NCBI GenBank assembly: GCA_964636545.1
Contig: CAZWSR010000001.1
Span: 80,007-144,006 of the forward strand
Origin: Candidatus Undinarchaeota archaeon
Lineage (GTDB): Archaea; Undinarchaeota; Undinarchaeia; Undinarchaeales; UBA543
DNA length: 64,000 nucleotides
Direction of reading: 5' to 3'
Made by a program: the position numbers and the translations under genes. Below, piece by piece: positions 36,990 through 45,884 of this stretch (its first letter is position 1; each line of letters begins with the position of its first letter). The notes under the pieces were generated by a model. It saw nothing but the letters and a program-made list of their open reading frames with translations. It ran no database searches and was not told the origin of the DNA.

Positions 36990-39040
36990 AAGTTATTTTT
37001 CTTTTTAACATATAATAAAGCAATTACTCCACCAACCATTATAAAACCAATAACAGCAGAGAATGTTCCACCGCGGCTCCCAGTAACCAATCCAGACATT
37101 CCTGAAAGCTCACCAATATTCACTTCAGGGTCAGCTTCTTTTAAAATATCTTCAATTGGCTCAATATTCAGCTGAGGAATTGTTCCAGGTGAAGTTTCGC
37201 TGAGTAATTGGATTTTTGAAAGTAATGCTTGCCTTGTTTCTTCAACATCTGCACTGATTTCATCTTTCCGGTTGTTTACTTTGAGAATTTCTGTTTTTTC
37301 ATTGTCATTTGGATCAGTTGCTCTGACAATTATTTCCTGTTCTCCTGTTTTTAGTGGAATTATTGTCAGAAATCCGCCATTTTTATCAATTAAAACATCC
37401 TCGTCAACTCCAGAAATGTGCATTGTTGCATCAGGATCTGTTATTCCAGCAACAACCATCATGTCTTGTGAAACTTTTGATTCAAAACCAGGTTGGACAA
37501 TCTCTAATTTCAATTCTAAATCTCTTGCAGTGTCGCTAACTGAACGCTGATTAGTGTCCTCGTTTCCTGCTGTATCTTCTGCTCTAACAATGTAATAATA
37601 ATCTTGTCTGTGTATTAATTCAGTGTCTGTAAAGCTGTTCAGTGTAGTGATTTTGTGAGGAACTGAAAAGTCGAATGTGCTAATTGTTGAACGGTAAATA
37701 TTGTATTGCTTGAAATCTGAATCTTCAGAAGCTGGCCAAGTTAAAGTGATGCTTGAGTCAGGATTTGCAACTGCAGATAAGTCAGAAACGGCTTGAGGAG
37801 CTGAGGAATCTGGTGCGAGTTTAACTATATTTGAAATTTCAGCTTCGTTTCCTGCTTCATCAACTGCAGCAATTGCGTAATATGTTTCACTTTGTGGAAA
37901 ATGTGTGTAAGTTGTGATTTCGCCTGTGATAATAATTGGATCTGTGTCTAAGTTTCGGGTTGACGAAGCATAAACATGATAATAATCAGCACCAGCAACT
38001 TCAGTCCATTCTAAAACAATTTTTCCACCTTTTTGACTGGAGGCAGTTAATTCAGTTTCTAATGGTGGATCTTCATCTGAAACTGCACTTAGAATTTGAG
38101 AAGGATCTCCGATATTTCCTGAAGTATCAACAGCAGCGATTGCATAGAAATATTCTCTACCATCTTTTGCTTTTTCATCAGTGTAAGTTAGCTCACGAGT
38201 TGCTTCATCTGGGTCATCAAGGTCAATTTCATCAGAAAGTGATTTTAATTTGTAAATATTGTATTCCTGCACTTCAACATTGTCTTCAGAAGCTTGCCAG
38301 CGAAGTTTGATGTCTCCACCTTGAATTGGAGATACAACCAAACCAGTTACTGAGCTTGGTGCTGTTTCATCTTTTAAATCAATACACCCAATATTTGAGA
38401 TTGGTGCAATATTTCCTGCTAAATCAACTGCAGAAATTCCATAACAGTAGGTTTGGCCGTCTCTGGCTGTTGAATCTTCATACTCAGTTTGTTTAGTTGT
38501 GAAAATGTCAGCGAGTTGCTTGTTTTCGTCAGTGAATTCTGAAATACTTCTGTAAATATTGTATTGTAGTAATCCAATTTCTGGAGAAACTTCATCCCAC
38601 TCAAGATTTACTCTGTCTTTGAGTTCTGCATCCATTTCAGTTGAATCTGGTTTGATGTAGTAAGCTGAAATATCTGAAGTGCGTTTGTAAATTGGAGTAA
38701 ATTCAACTTCAATACTTGCTGATTCGCCATTTGCCATTTGAACTGAACCATCTTTTACATCTGAACTAATTGTAAAACTGCCTTTGTAGAAACCATTGTT
38801 GATATCAGTGAGCTTGATAGTGGTTTTTTCAATATCGTTTATTGAGATTTTTGCATTTATTTCAGTACAGCAAGTGATGCTGTTGGATGCTAGAATGTAA
38901 ACTGTTGAGCCATCAGTGAAATAATCAGATTGGATTGTGTATTCTGAATCGCGGTAGGTTTTAACTTCAGATGATGCAAGCGCAGGGCTGGATAAGATTA
39001 TTAGAAATAATAGTGTAAATATTACTGTTCTCCCCCACAT
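36986..39040 (-). CDS. cell-surface protein with multiple fibronectin type III repeats and C-terminal TM anchor
   Basis: Signal peptide, at least four Fn3-like modules (LEWDEVSPEIGLLQYNIYRS, LRWQASEDNVEVQEYNIYK, TLTWPASEDSDFKQYNIYRS) and a C-terminal TM helix. Confidence 0.75.
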   Translation of the reverse strand: MWGRTVIFTLLFLIILSSPALASSEVKTYRDSEYTIQSDYFTDGSTVYILASNSITCCTEINAKISINDIEKTTIKLTDINNGFYKGSFTISSDVKDGSVQMANGESASIEVEFTPIYKRTSDISAYYIKPDSTEMDAELKDRVNLEWDEVSPEIGLLQYNIYRSISEFTDENKQLADIFTTKQTEYEDSTARDGQTYCYGISAVDLAGNIAPISNIGCIDLKDETAPSSVTGLVVSPIQGGDIKLRWQASEDNVEVQEYNIYKLKSLSDEIDLDDPDEATRELTYTDEKAKDGREYFYAIAAVDTSGNIGDPSQILSAVSDEDPPLETELTASSQKGGKIVLEWTEVAGADYYHVYASSTRNLDTDPIIITGEITTYTHFPQSETYYAIAAVDEAGNEAEISNIVKLAPDSSAPQAVSDLSAVANPDSSITLTWPASEDSDFKQYNIYRSTISTFDFSVPHKITTLNSFTDTELIHRQDYYYIVRAEDTAGNEDTNQRSVSDTARDLELKLEIVQPGFESKVSQDMMVVAGITDPDATMHISGVDEDVLIDKNGGFLTIIPLKTGEQEIIVRATDPNDNEKTEILKVNNRKDEISADVEETRQALLSKIQLLSETSPGTIPQLNIEPIEDILKEADPEVNIGELSGMSGLVTGSRGGTFSAVIGFIMVGGVIALLYVKKKNNF

Positions 39041-39065
39041 AAGAATATTGTAGTAGAGGTGGTTT

Positions 39066-39410
39066 TTATATGTTTATGTGCTTCGGTAGCTTGTGGATGT
39101 CATGCTTTCGCAAACCACCTGTGAACTTTTTTGGAATATGCATTAATTCGTGAATAAGAATTTCATCTTGTTTTTCTTTTGGAAGAGGGTCAAACCGTTC
39201 GCCAATGATTTCAATGACATACCGCGGTTCCATGTAGAGTGCTAATTGCCAGATTTTCGGGAAAGACCAAATTCTTGCGAGAACTCGTTCTGCAGCTGAA
39301 CCAGAACTGCGGAAACAGTAAACACGATCAGCATTAACATTATTGAAATCTTTAGCTAGTTCTATTATTCGCAATTTAATATCTGGTGCGCGGTGGTACT
39401 TTATGGGCAT
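39066..39410 (-). CDS. putative zinc metallopeptidase (HExxH; SprT/WLM-like)
   Basis: IHELMHIPKKFTGGLRKH motif in a 114-aa protein. Confidence 0.55.
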   Translation of the reverse strand: MPIKYHRAPDIKLRIIELAKDFNNVNADRVYCFRSSGSAAERVLARIWSFPKIWQLALYMEPRYVIEIIGERFDPLPKEKQDEILIHELMHIPKKFTGGLRKHDIHKLPKHINI

Positions 39411-39448
39411 AGAAAGAAATAGGTTGAGTGGGTTTAAAGAGTTTTAGT

Positions 39449-40153
39449 CTACATTTCGATTTTATATTTTTTAAAATCCTTAATTGCTTGTTGATCGCGA
39501 TTTGAGTTCTTGTAGTCAGTATATTTCAAATCAACAACAACATCAAATCCAAGTTCCCGGAACATTTTTGCATAAGTGCGAACGCAAGCACCGAATTCGA
39601 CACCCGTTATAAAGATAGCATGGTCATCTTTGTGTAGAGAATGGTCAATACAAATTTGTGTGACAACAGCTTTTGGCCATGGCCATTTTTTATCTTCTTC
39701 CAATTCCTCACCATCTTTTTTAACCTCTCCTTTTCTTGGATCAATGTAGAATTTCCGGTAAGTAACATATTTTTCATCAAAATGAACAGGAATAAGAATT
39801 GGTTGTTTTTTCCCTCGTTCAGTAAACTGAGCATAGAAAAGTTTTTCCATGGCTCTGTACATTTTTGGATCAGTAAGCTGAACAGGCCAAGGCCTTGTTT
39901 CTTGAACTTCGTCGAAAAGAATTTTGAGGGGGCCGTGATCAAATTCTGACTTGCTAGAAGTATCTAAAATTATTATAGGTTCTTCTTTGGAATCAATTAA
40001 TTCCTCCATTTTCTTTACATGCTTGGAAAAATCCTTTTTAGTCTCAATATTAAATGATCCTGCATTTGGATGCACAAGCACATAGACATTCGTTTTGCGA
40101 CCCATAACATTTTTAATATGGTAGAGGAAGTATATAATTCTTAACATGAACAC
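39449..40153 (-). CDS. isochorismatase-family-like hydrolase (divergent)
   Basis: C-terminal AIFITGVEFGACVRTYAKMFRELGFDVVV resembles the isochorismatase Cys region. Confidence 0.45.
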   Translation of the reverse strand: MFMLRIIYFLYHIKNVMGRKTNVYVLVHPNAGSFNIETKKDFSKHVKKMEELIDSKEEPIIILDTSSKSEFDHGPLKILFDEVQETRPWPVQLTDPKMYRAMEKLFYAQFTERGKKQPILIPVHFDEKYVTYRKFYIDPRKGEVKKDGEELEEDKKWPWPKAVVTQICIDHSLHKDDHAIFITGVEFGACVRTYAKMFRELGFDVVVDLKYTDYKNSNRDQQAIKDFKKYKIEM

Positions 40154-40967
40154 AAAAATCCTTTACTGGACCAAGAATCCAGCAGCTCAGAATATTATGA
40201 AACAGTTTAATGAGCTTGGAGTAGATGTAGAAGTTTTTGAAACAGAGAAGGATTTTTTGTATTTGACTGATGAGGATATTAACGGGGCGCAGGGGCGCAG
40301 GGGCGCAGGGGCTCAGACTGATTTATTGATATTTCCAAGCACGCACAAGAGCGCTGCAAATAAAAAGTCATTAACTATTCACGCTACAGGTAATTTTGGG
40401 AATGCTGATTATGGTGGAGAGCCAAAGAAATTGAATCCAACAAGTTCTGAGGCGATTGCAATAGGACTACGCAGTATGGCGAATCAGGCACTAGGTAGTA
40501 GGCAGGGGGCAGTAGGTTTTGAAGTTTGTTTGGAAGTAACACATCATGGACCGACAATTAAAACTCCGTTAGTTTTTATTGAAATTGGTTCAACTGAAGA
40601 AGAATGGGGAAATGTGGAAGCTGGGAAGGTTATTGCAAATGCTATTAAGGATATTATTGAATACCTCAAACCCCCAACCCCAAACCCCAAACCTTTCACA
40701 AACTACATCGGCTTCGGCGGTCCTCACTATGCACCAAGCTTTACAAAAAAAATTATTGAAAATGAGAATATTGCAATTGGCCATATTTTGCCAAAATATC
40801 AGCAAGATAATGTTACTAAAGATATTATTCAGCAAATGTTAGATGGAAGTAATGCAAAGAAAGCTGTTTTTGATTGGGATGGAATGAATTCTGAGCAGAG
40901 GAATAAGGCTGTTGGGATTTTAGATGAGTTGGGGATTGAGTGGTGTAAGACAAAGGAATTAGTTTAA
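40146..40967 (+). CDS. dtdA: D-aminoacyl-tRNA deacylase, archaeal type (DtdA)
   Basis: THHGPT, FIEIGSTEEEWG, GFGGPHYAP, IGHILPKY as in Pyrococcus DtdA. Two GC-rich repeat insertions lie in frame. Confidence 0.8.
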   Translation: MNTKILYWTKNPAAQNIMKQFNELGVDVEVFETEKDFLYLTDEDINGAQGRRGAGAQTDLLIFPSTHKSAANKKSLTIHATGNFGNADYGGEPKKLNPTSSEAIAIGLRSMANQALGSRQGAVGFEVCLEVTHHGPTIKTPLVFIEIGSTEEEWGNVEAGKVIANAIKDIIEYLKPPTPNPKPFTNYIGFGGPHYAPSFTKKIIENENIAIGHILPKYQQDNVTKDIIQQMLDGSNAKKAVFDWDGMNSEQRNKAVGILDELGIEWCKTKELV

Positions 40968-40984
40968 ACTTTCTTAAAAATATC

Positions 40985-41633
40985 CTACTTTTTTTTATCA
41001 TCCTCTACAATAGAATTTAATTTTTTCCAGTGTTCTTTACAATAACCTTCTATGTAATCTTCAGCTATTTTGTTTGGAGATATTTCAGTAAGGTTTGCGA
41101 TATCTTCAGAGATTGTCATTGAACAGAATTTTTTTCGACCACTTTTATTATGACAGTGACCTAATCCAAATAAATGTCCTATTTCATGTAGTGATCTTTT
41201 TAAGATCATATGTAGAAGTTGATCTTTAGACACATCTGAATCAAGCTGCCATGTGCTTACGAGACAATCTGGAGCATCTGCAAAACCAAGCCATGGCGAG
41301 AGTGGACCATATGCATGATACTCTGAAAGAATTTTTAAGTTTGGTTAAAACAAGAAGGTCATAACCTGAATTTTTTTGAATATTTTTCCGAAAAAGAGGA
41401 AAATCGCCAGCAAATGGCCCATCCCCACGTAATAAATCAAGATGGAGAAAAAAAGAACGATCACCGTTAGTATCTTTAACGAAATAAGAATTATCATTAA
41501 AATCAAAAACAGGCCTTATTTCTATACTTTCGTACTGTTTTACTAAGATATTTGAAAGATGTTCCTTTAAGCCGTCTAAGAGATTGGAAGGAAGATTAGA
41601 ATGGAACGTTGTGAGGATCAGTTTTCTTTTCAC
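40985..41633 (-). pseudogene. amzA: archaemetzincin (M54 peptidase) disrupted by +1 frameshift near a homopolymer
   Basis: The downstream ORF has HEIGHLFGLGHCHNKSGRKKFCSM (HExxHxxGxxHC...C.M). The upstream ORF has an AmzA-like N-terminus. The reading frame switches around 41336-41352 (aaacttaaaaattctttc). Confidence 0.55.
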
Positions 41634-41682
41634 ATGAAAGATATAAGTGAGCTATCTTAAATAAGTTGAGATTTTGAAAGAG

Positions 41683-41755
41683 TAGCCCCGAGCAGATTCG
41701 AACTGCTGTCAAGAGATCCAGAATCTCTCATGCTTGACCACTACACTACGGGGCT
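41683..41755 (-). tRNA. tRNA-Gln (CTG)
   Basis: AGCCCCG/CGGGGCT acceptor, anticodon stem AGAGA/TCTCT, loop TTCTGGA, T-arm AGCAG-TTCGAAT-CTGCT. Confidence 0.8.
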
Positions 41756-41837
41756 AACAACACTTTTGATAATAGTAACCCTTTATAATTTTTTTTCTAT
41801 TGAAAAACTATATTTAGATGGAAAACAAGTATTGTTT

Positions 41838-42761
41838 ATGGAATTTTACTTCCTGACACTAGAGCCAGAAGAATATGATGAACCAGATGAGGAGCTCTAC
41901 AAAATTCATTATGAACTTCTGAAAAAACTAATTGAGAGAATTAAGAAACGACCAGGTGAAGGGCCAATATTCATAACACTTCCAGAATTTGCATATGCTT
42001 TTATTGATGATAAAGATATTGAAAAGGAACAAAAAAAATTAATAAACCTTTTGAAAAAAATAAACAGACCAGTGTTTCTTTCACTAAACGCACTGATTGT
42101 TAAGAAGCAAACAACACACCCAACAGCACAACAGTTTGAGAATATGCTTGAAAAATCCGGCACTTGGGGTTGGCTTATCACAAATAACAATAAAGGAGAG
42201 GTTAATATGAACCACAAAACAGGTTTTGGTGATGGGTTGAAAAGAATATATAAATTTTATAAAAAAAGGAACACGGTTGCTGACGGGTATACAAATGACG
42301 ATTGTTTTACATTCTGCAGGAAAAAATGGTGGTATAGAATATATATGAGGACGATGCTTGCACTGGAAGAATATAAAATTGGAGTATGTGCATTAACTTG
42401 TTCTGACCTAATGAATGAGAGTTTTTTGCGGCCGCAGAAAGGTTGGAAGAAAGTGTATCTTGCACCCGCACAACATTTATCAGTTAGACAAATGGACATT
42501 GTTAAAAGACAACTAAAAAAACAGAGAGACGAAAACATACTTGTAGCAATAATGGATCCCTTCAAAACAATAGGTAAAACAATTAAGTTTTTCAAAAGAA
42601 AATGTGGAGTTTTCAGTTACTCAAAAGAGAAAGATAAAATTCTTCAGTACAAAGGAGTAGATATTGGAGAAGTAACTGCGGAGATTAGCAAATGCAAAAT
42701 TGAAGCAGAAGTTTATCACATTGAAATACTTGACCGCAGTGATTTGAAGGAGTTTGTTTAG
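41838..42761 (+). CDS. hypothetical protein (weak carbon-nitrogen hydrolase-like Cys motif)
   Basis: KIGVCALTCSDLMNESF resembles the nitrilase Cys region. The track ORF start at 41730 lies inside the tRNA-Gln gene, so an internal Met was chosen. Confidence 0.45.
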   Translation: MEFYFLTLEPEEYDEPDEELYKIHYELLKKLIERIKKRPGEGPIFITLPEFAYAFIDDKDIEKEQKKLINLLKKINRPVFLSLNALIVKKQTTHPTAQQFENMLEKSGTWGWLITNNNKGEVNMNHKTGFGDGLKRIYKFYKKRNTVADGYTNDDCFTFCRKKWWYRIYMRTMLALEEYKIGVCALTCSDLMNESFLRPQKGWKKVYLAPAQHLSVRQMDIVKRQLKKQRDENILVAIMDPFKTIGKTIKFFKRKCGVFSYSKEKDKILQYKGVDIGEVTAEISKCKIEAEVYHIEILDRSDLKEFV

Positions 42762-42803
42762 ATATAGCAAACTTCATATACACCTTATTTTTACGGAAAG
42801 AAC

Positions 42804-43892
42804 ATGAATGTAGATATTAACAAGCTTTGGAATGATATGGATTATTCTGACAAACTCAGAAACCATTGTTATGCTGTTAACAAAAAAGCACTGGAGCTGG
42901 CAGACTCACTTATTGCTGACGGGATTAAAGTTAATAGAGATATTGTTGATGCAGGTTCACTACTTCACGATTTTGGTAGAGCAAAAAAACATGAATTAAA
43001 TCACGGAGTTCTTGGTTATGAGAAACTTGTAGAACTTGGTGTTGATGAGGAAATTGCACGTATTGCAAGAAATCATGTTGGTGCTGGAATACGAAAAGAA
43101 GAAGCTGAAAAACTCAGCTTACCTGATGAAGATTTCATGCCAACCACAATTGAGCAGAAAATTGTTTCTTATGCTGACAACCTAATTGATAATAACAAAT
43201 TAGTTGGATATGAAAAAGAACTAGTTGGTTGGAAAAAGCGTTGGGGAAATAACGCAGTTCAAGTTCAAAGGTTCAGAATGCAACATGAGGAATTGGAAAA
43301 TTATATTGATTCTGCTGGAATGATTGCGCTTGAAGAAAGTGCAGGAATTCCAAAAAAAGATTTGATGGAGAAAGCAGGAAAAGGTGTTGCAGAATTTGTG
43401 AAAACATTTGATCTTGAAAACAAGAAAGTTTTGGTGTTCTGCGGCTCTGGAAATAATGGCGGAGATGGTTTTGTAACTGCACGATATTTGAAAGAAGCTG
43501 GAATTAGTGTTGAAATGGCTGTTTTTGACGAGCAGAAAACAAAATTATCTAAAGAGAATTTCAAAAAAGCTGAAGAGCTTGGTATACCATTCCATACAAT
43601 TCTTGCACCAGAGAGTGTTGGGGGGTATGGAGCAGATATTGTTGTTGATGCTATTTGTGGAACTGGTTTGCGAGGAGAAGCACGAGAGCCGCTTGCTAGC
43701 GTTATTGACTGGATAAATCGGAAAGAAGTAATAACTATTTCTGTTGATATTCCATCTGGATTAAACCCAGATAATGGCGAGGCTAATGGTATTTCAGTGA
43801 ATGCAGATTATACAATTTGTGTGCACAAAGTGAAAAAAGGCCTTGTTGGAAATGAAAATGCTGGTGAAATGCGAATTGTGAAGATTTTTTAG
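42804..43892 (+). CDS. HD-domain phosphohydrolase fused to NAD(P)HX epimerase (YjeF-N) domain
   Basis: N-terminal HCYAV...LLHDFGR...H (HD), C-terminal VLVFCGSGNNGGDGFVTARYL (YjeF_N). Confidence 0.7.
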   Translation: MNVDINKLWNDMDYSDKLRNHCYAVNKKALELADSLIADGIKVNRDIVDAGSLLHDFGRAKKHELNHGVLGYEKLVELGVDEEIARIARNHVGAGIRKEEAEKLSLPDEDFMPTTIEQKIVSYADNLIDNNKLVGYEKELVGWKKRWGNNAVQVQRFRMQHEELENYIDSAGMIALEESAGIPKKDLMEKAGKGVAEFVKTFDLENKKVLVFCGSGNNGGDGFVTARYLKEAGISVEMAVFDEQKTKLSKENFKKAEELGIPFHTILAPESVGGYGADIVVDAICGTGLRGEAREPLASVIDWINRKEVITISVDIPSGLNPDNGEANGISVNADYTICVHKVKKGLVGNENAGEMRIVKIF

Positions 43893-43933
43893 AATCGAAA
43901 GCAGTTTAAAGAAGTAAAACCATAGGAAAAAGC

Positions 43934-44203
43934 ATGGCAGGAAGATATAAGCATACAGAAGATGTTTTGGATAGATTAGAACAGTATGTTGACGACCTAG
44001 AGGTATTTGAACGGAACGAAGATGAGGAATCTATACACAGATTTATAATAGAAAACAGTTTGGATGGATGGCTTGAGAATCAGTTTGGAGATACTGAGTG
44101 TAAAAACTTAAAAACAAGAAAACTTGGAGATGATGAGGATGCAGTTGGTGTGGTATCTTGGCTTGGTATTGCTGGTTTTTTATTACAATTGGACAGATTT
44201 TGA
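43934..44203 (+). CDS. hypothetical protein
   Basis: 89-aa acidic ORF overlapping the next ORF in another frame. Confidence 0.35.
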   Translation: MAGRYKHTEDVLDRLEQYVDDLEVFERNEDEESIHRFIIENSLDGWLENQFGDTECKNLKTRKLGDDEDAVGVVSWLGIAGFLLQLDRF

Positions 44204-45144
44204 AAAGGAATATTTATGACAAATATGATTACGTCCCTTTGTGGAGAAAAGGAAGAGATGATAAAAAATATTCATATGAGTTTACAAAAGAAAAGGGTGC
44301 AGGGGAAGAAACAAAGGTTTTTGAGAATTTCCTTAAAAAAGTAATAAAAGATGAAAGTCCAAAATTCGGATTTCTTTTTGGAGATCGCAAAGAGGATAAA
44401 AAAGGAAAGAAGATAATAATTGAAGCAGTAATGCCAGCAAAAGAACTTGCAGAAGTTCTAGATGAATTTGTTGATAAACTTCCTGAAAACTATAGAGGAC
44501 CACGCTGGAAAATAAAGAAAAGGGAAAATGAGAAAGATAAGAAATTAAAGGAAGTACTGGAAAAAATAGCACTTCACGGACCAAAAGAAGAAGATGTTAG
44601 AACCGCGATTCATTATCTCTTATCATTAAAAGAAAGTATAAAATTTTCAAAAGAAAAAATTAAGAGAGTGAAAGAAAAACTTGCGTATCTGACACGTACA
44701 GGTGTATGGAAAAGTTTGAAAAACCACAGATGGCGTGAAATCACTTATTTAAGAAATAAATTTTTGGGAACTTATTATTATGAGCCAGGGCTTTTGAAAC
44801 ATTCATGGGCCAAAGAGAATATTTTAAAGAAAATGAAGGAAGGGAAGCTTAAAACAAGATTAACTTCCGAAGAATTGAAAGAAAAAATAAAGGTATTAAA
44901 AACTAAATGCAAGATTGAAAACACAATGCCAAAATTCTTGTTCTTTGACAATGACCAGTTTGCTAAAATTGATGGAATAATGAAAGGAAGTATGACCTTC
45001 TTTAGTACTCGTAGAAAAAATAGCAAGAATTTGCCAATACTTGTTTGTATGGACAAAAACAGTGTGACTGCAAAGTGTATGTGTCTTGGTTATAGGACAG
45101 ATGAAAAGGTTTACAAAAGAATACGAAGATATCAGAAAAAGTAA
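44158..45144 (+). CDS. Lys-rich hypothetical protein
   Basis: 328-aa ORF. The true start is uncertain. Confidence 0.45.
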   Translation: MAWYCWFFITIGQILKRNIYDKYDYVPLWRKGRDDKKYSYEFTKEKGAGEETKVFENFLKKVIKDESPKFGFLFGDRKEDKKGKKIIIEAVMPAKELAEVLDEFVDKLPENYRGPRWKIKKRENEKDKKLKEVLEKIALHGPKEEDVRTAIHYLLSLKESIKFSKEKIKRVKEKLAYLTRTGVWKSLKNHRWREITYLRNKFLGTYYYEPGLLKHSWAKENILKKMKEGKLKTRLTSEELKEKIKVLKTKCKIENTMPKFLFFDNDQFAKIDGIMKGSMTFFSTRRKNSKNLPILVCMDKNSVTAKCMCLGYRTDEKVYKRIRRYQKK

Positions 45145-45882
45145 TTATTCTTTAACTGGTTCTTCTAATTCCTGAACTTTCTCTTCCACTTTCTTTTCTG
45201 CTTCATCAATATTCTCAACATATAATTCTTTGAAAAATTCTTCTTGATGCAGAGTAACTTTGTGCTCATTTGCTAAATGAAGAAGTGGGAGGAAGGTTTC
45301 AATAATTCCTCGGCAGTTCTTTTTCTCAGTGAGATTTGAGAATGGGATTTTCTTTAAGCTGTGGGTGACGATTTGCTTGTAAAGATTATCGATTTTTTCA
45401 GAAATGTCTTCTTCTGGAAGGTCTAGCTTGAACTTTATCTTTCTTCCTCGTGGTTTTGGCGGCTCCATTGAAACTTTTAATTTGTCAATTAAGTCACCAA
45501 GAGTTATTTTTCTGATGTGTTTTCGCTTGACATTTATGTTAAGATCTGGCACATCTGCCATTAATTCGCGCTCATCGCCGTCTTGGTCAAACAGATCCTC
45601 GTCAGTGAAATCAGTAAAATCATCATCAGAACCAGAAACATCTAGCGAAAGCAAAAGTTCTGACTTCATTTTTAAGAGAATTGAAACAGTAAGAATAAGA
45701 CGAGCTGGAACTCGCAAGTCAAGTTGTTTCATTTCATTAACTCGAGCTGTGTATTTTGAAGTTAGTTTAGAAATATCAATGTCCCAAGGATCAAGGTCTT
45801 CAGCTTTTACAATATCAAGTAAAACAAATTCCCATGCATTTTCGCTCTGAAGCATCTGCTCAATATTAGATTCTATATCCAT
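45145..45882 (-). CDS. scpA: segregation and condensation protein A (kleisin)
   Basis: WEFVLLDIVKAEDLDPWDIDISKL N-terminal ScpA pattern. Immediately downstream of smc. Confidence 0.75.
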   Translation of the reverse strand: MDIESNIEQMLQSENAWEFVLLDIVKAEDLDPWDIDISKLTSKYTARVNEMKQLDLRVPARLILTVSILLKMKSELLLSLDVSGSDDDFTDFTDEDLFDQDGDERELMADVPDLNINVKRKHIRKITLGDLIDKLKVSMEPPKPRGRKIKFKLDLPEEDISEKIDNLYKQIVTHSLKKIPFSNLTEKKNCRGIIETFLPLLHLANEHKVTLHQEEFFKELYVENIDEAEKKVEEKVQELEEPVKE

Positions 45883-45884
45883 TT

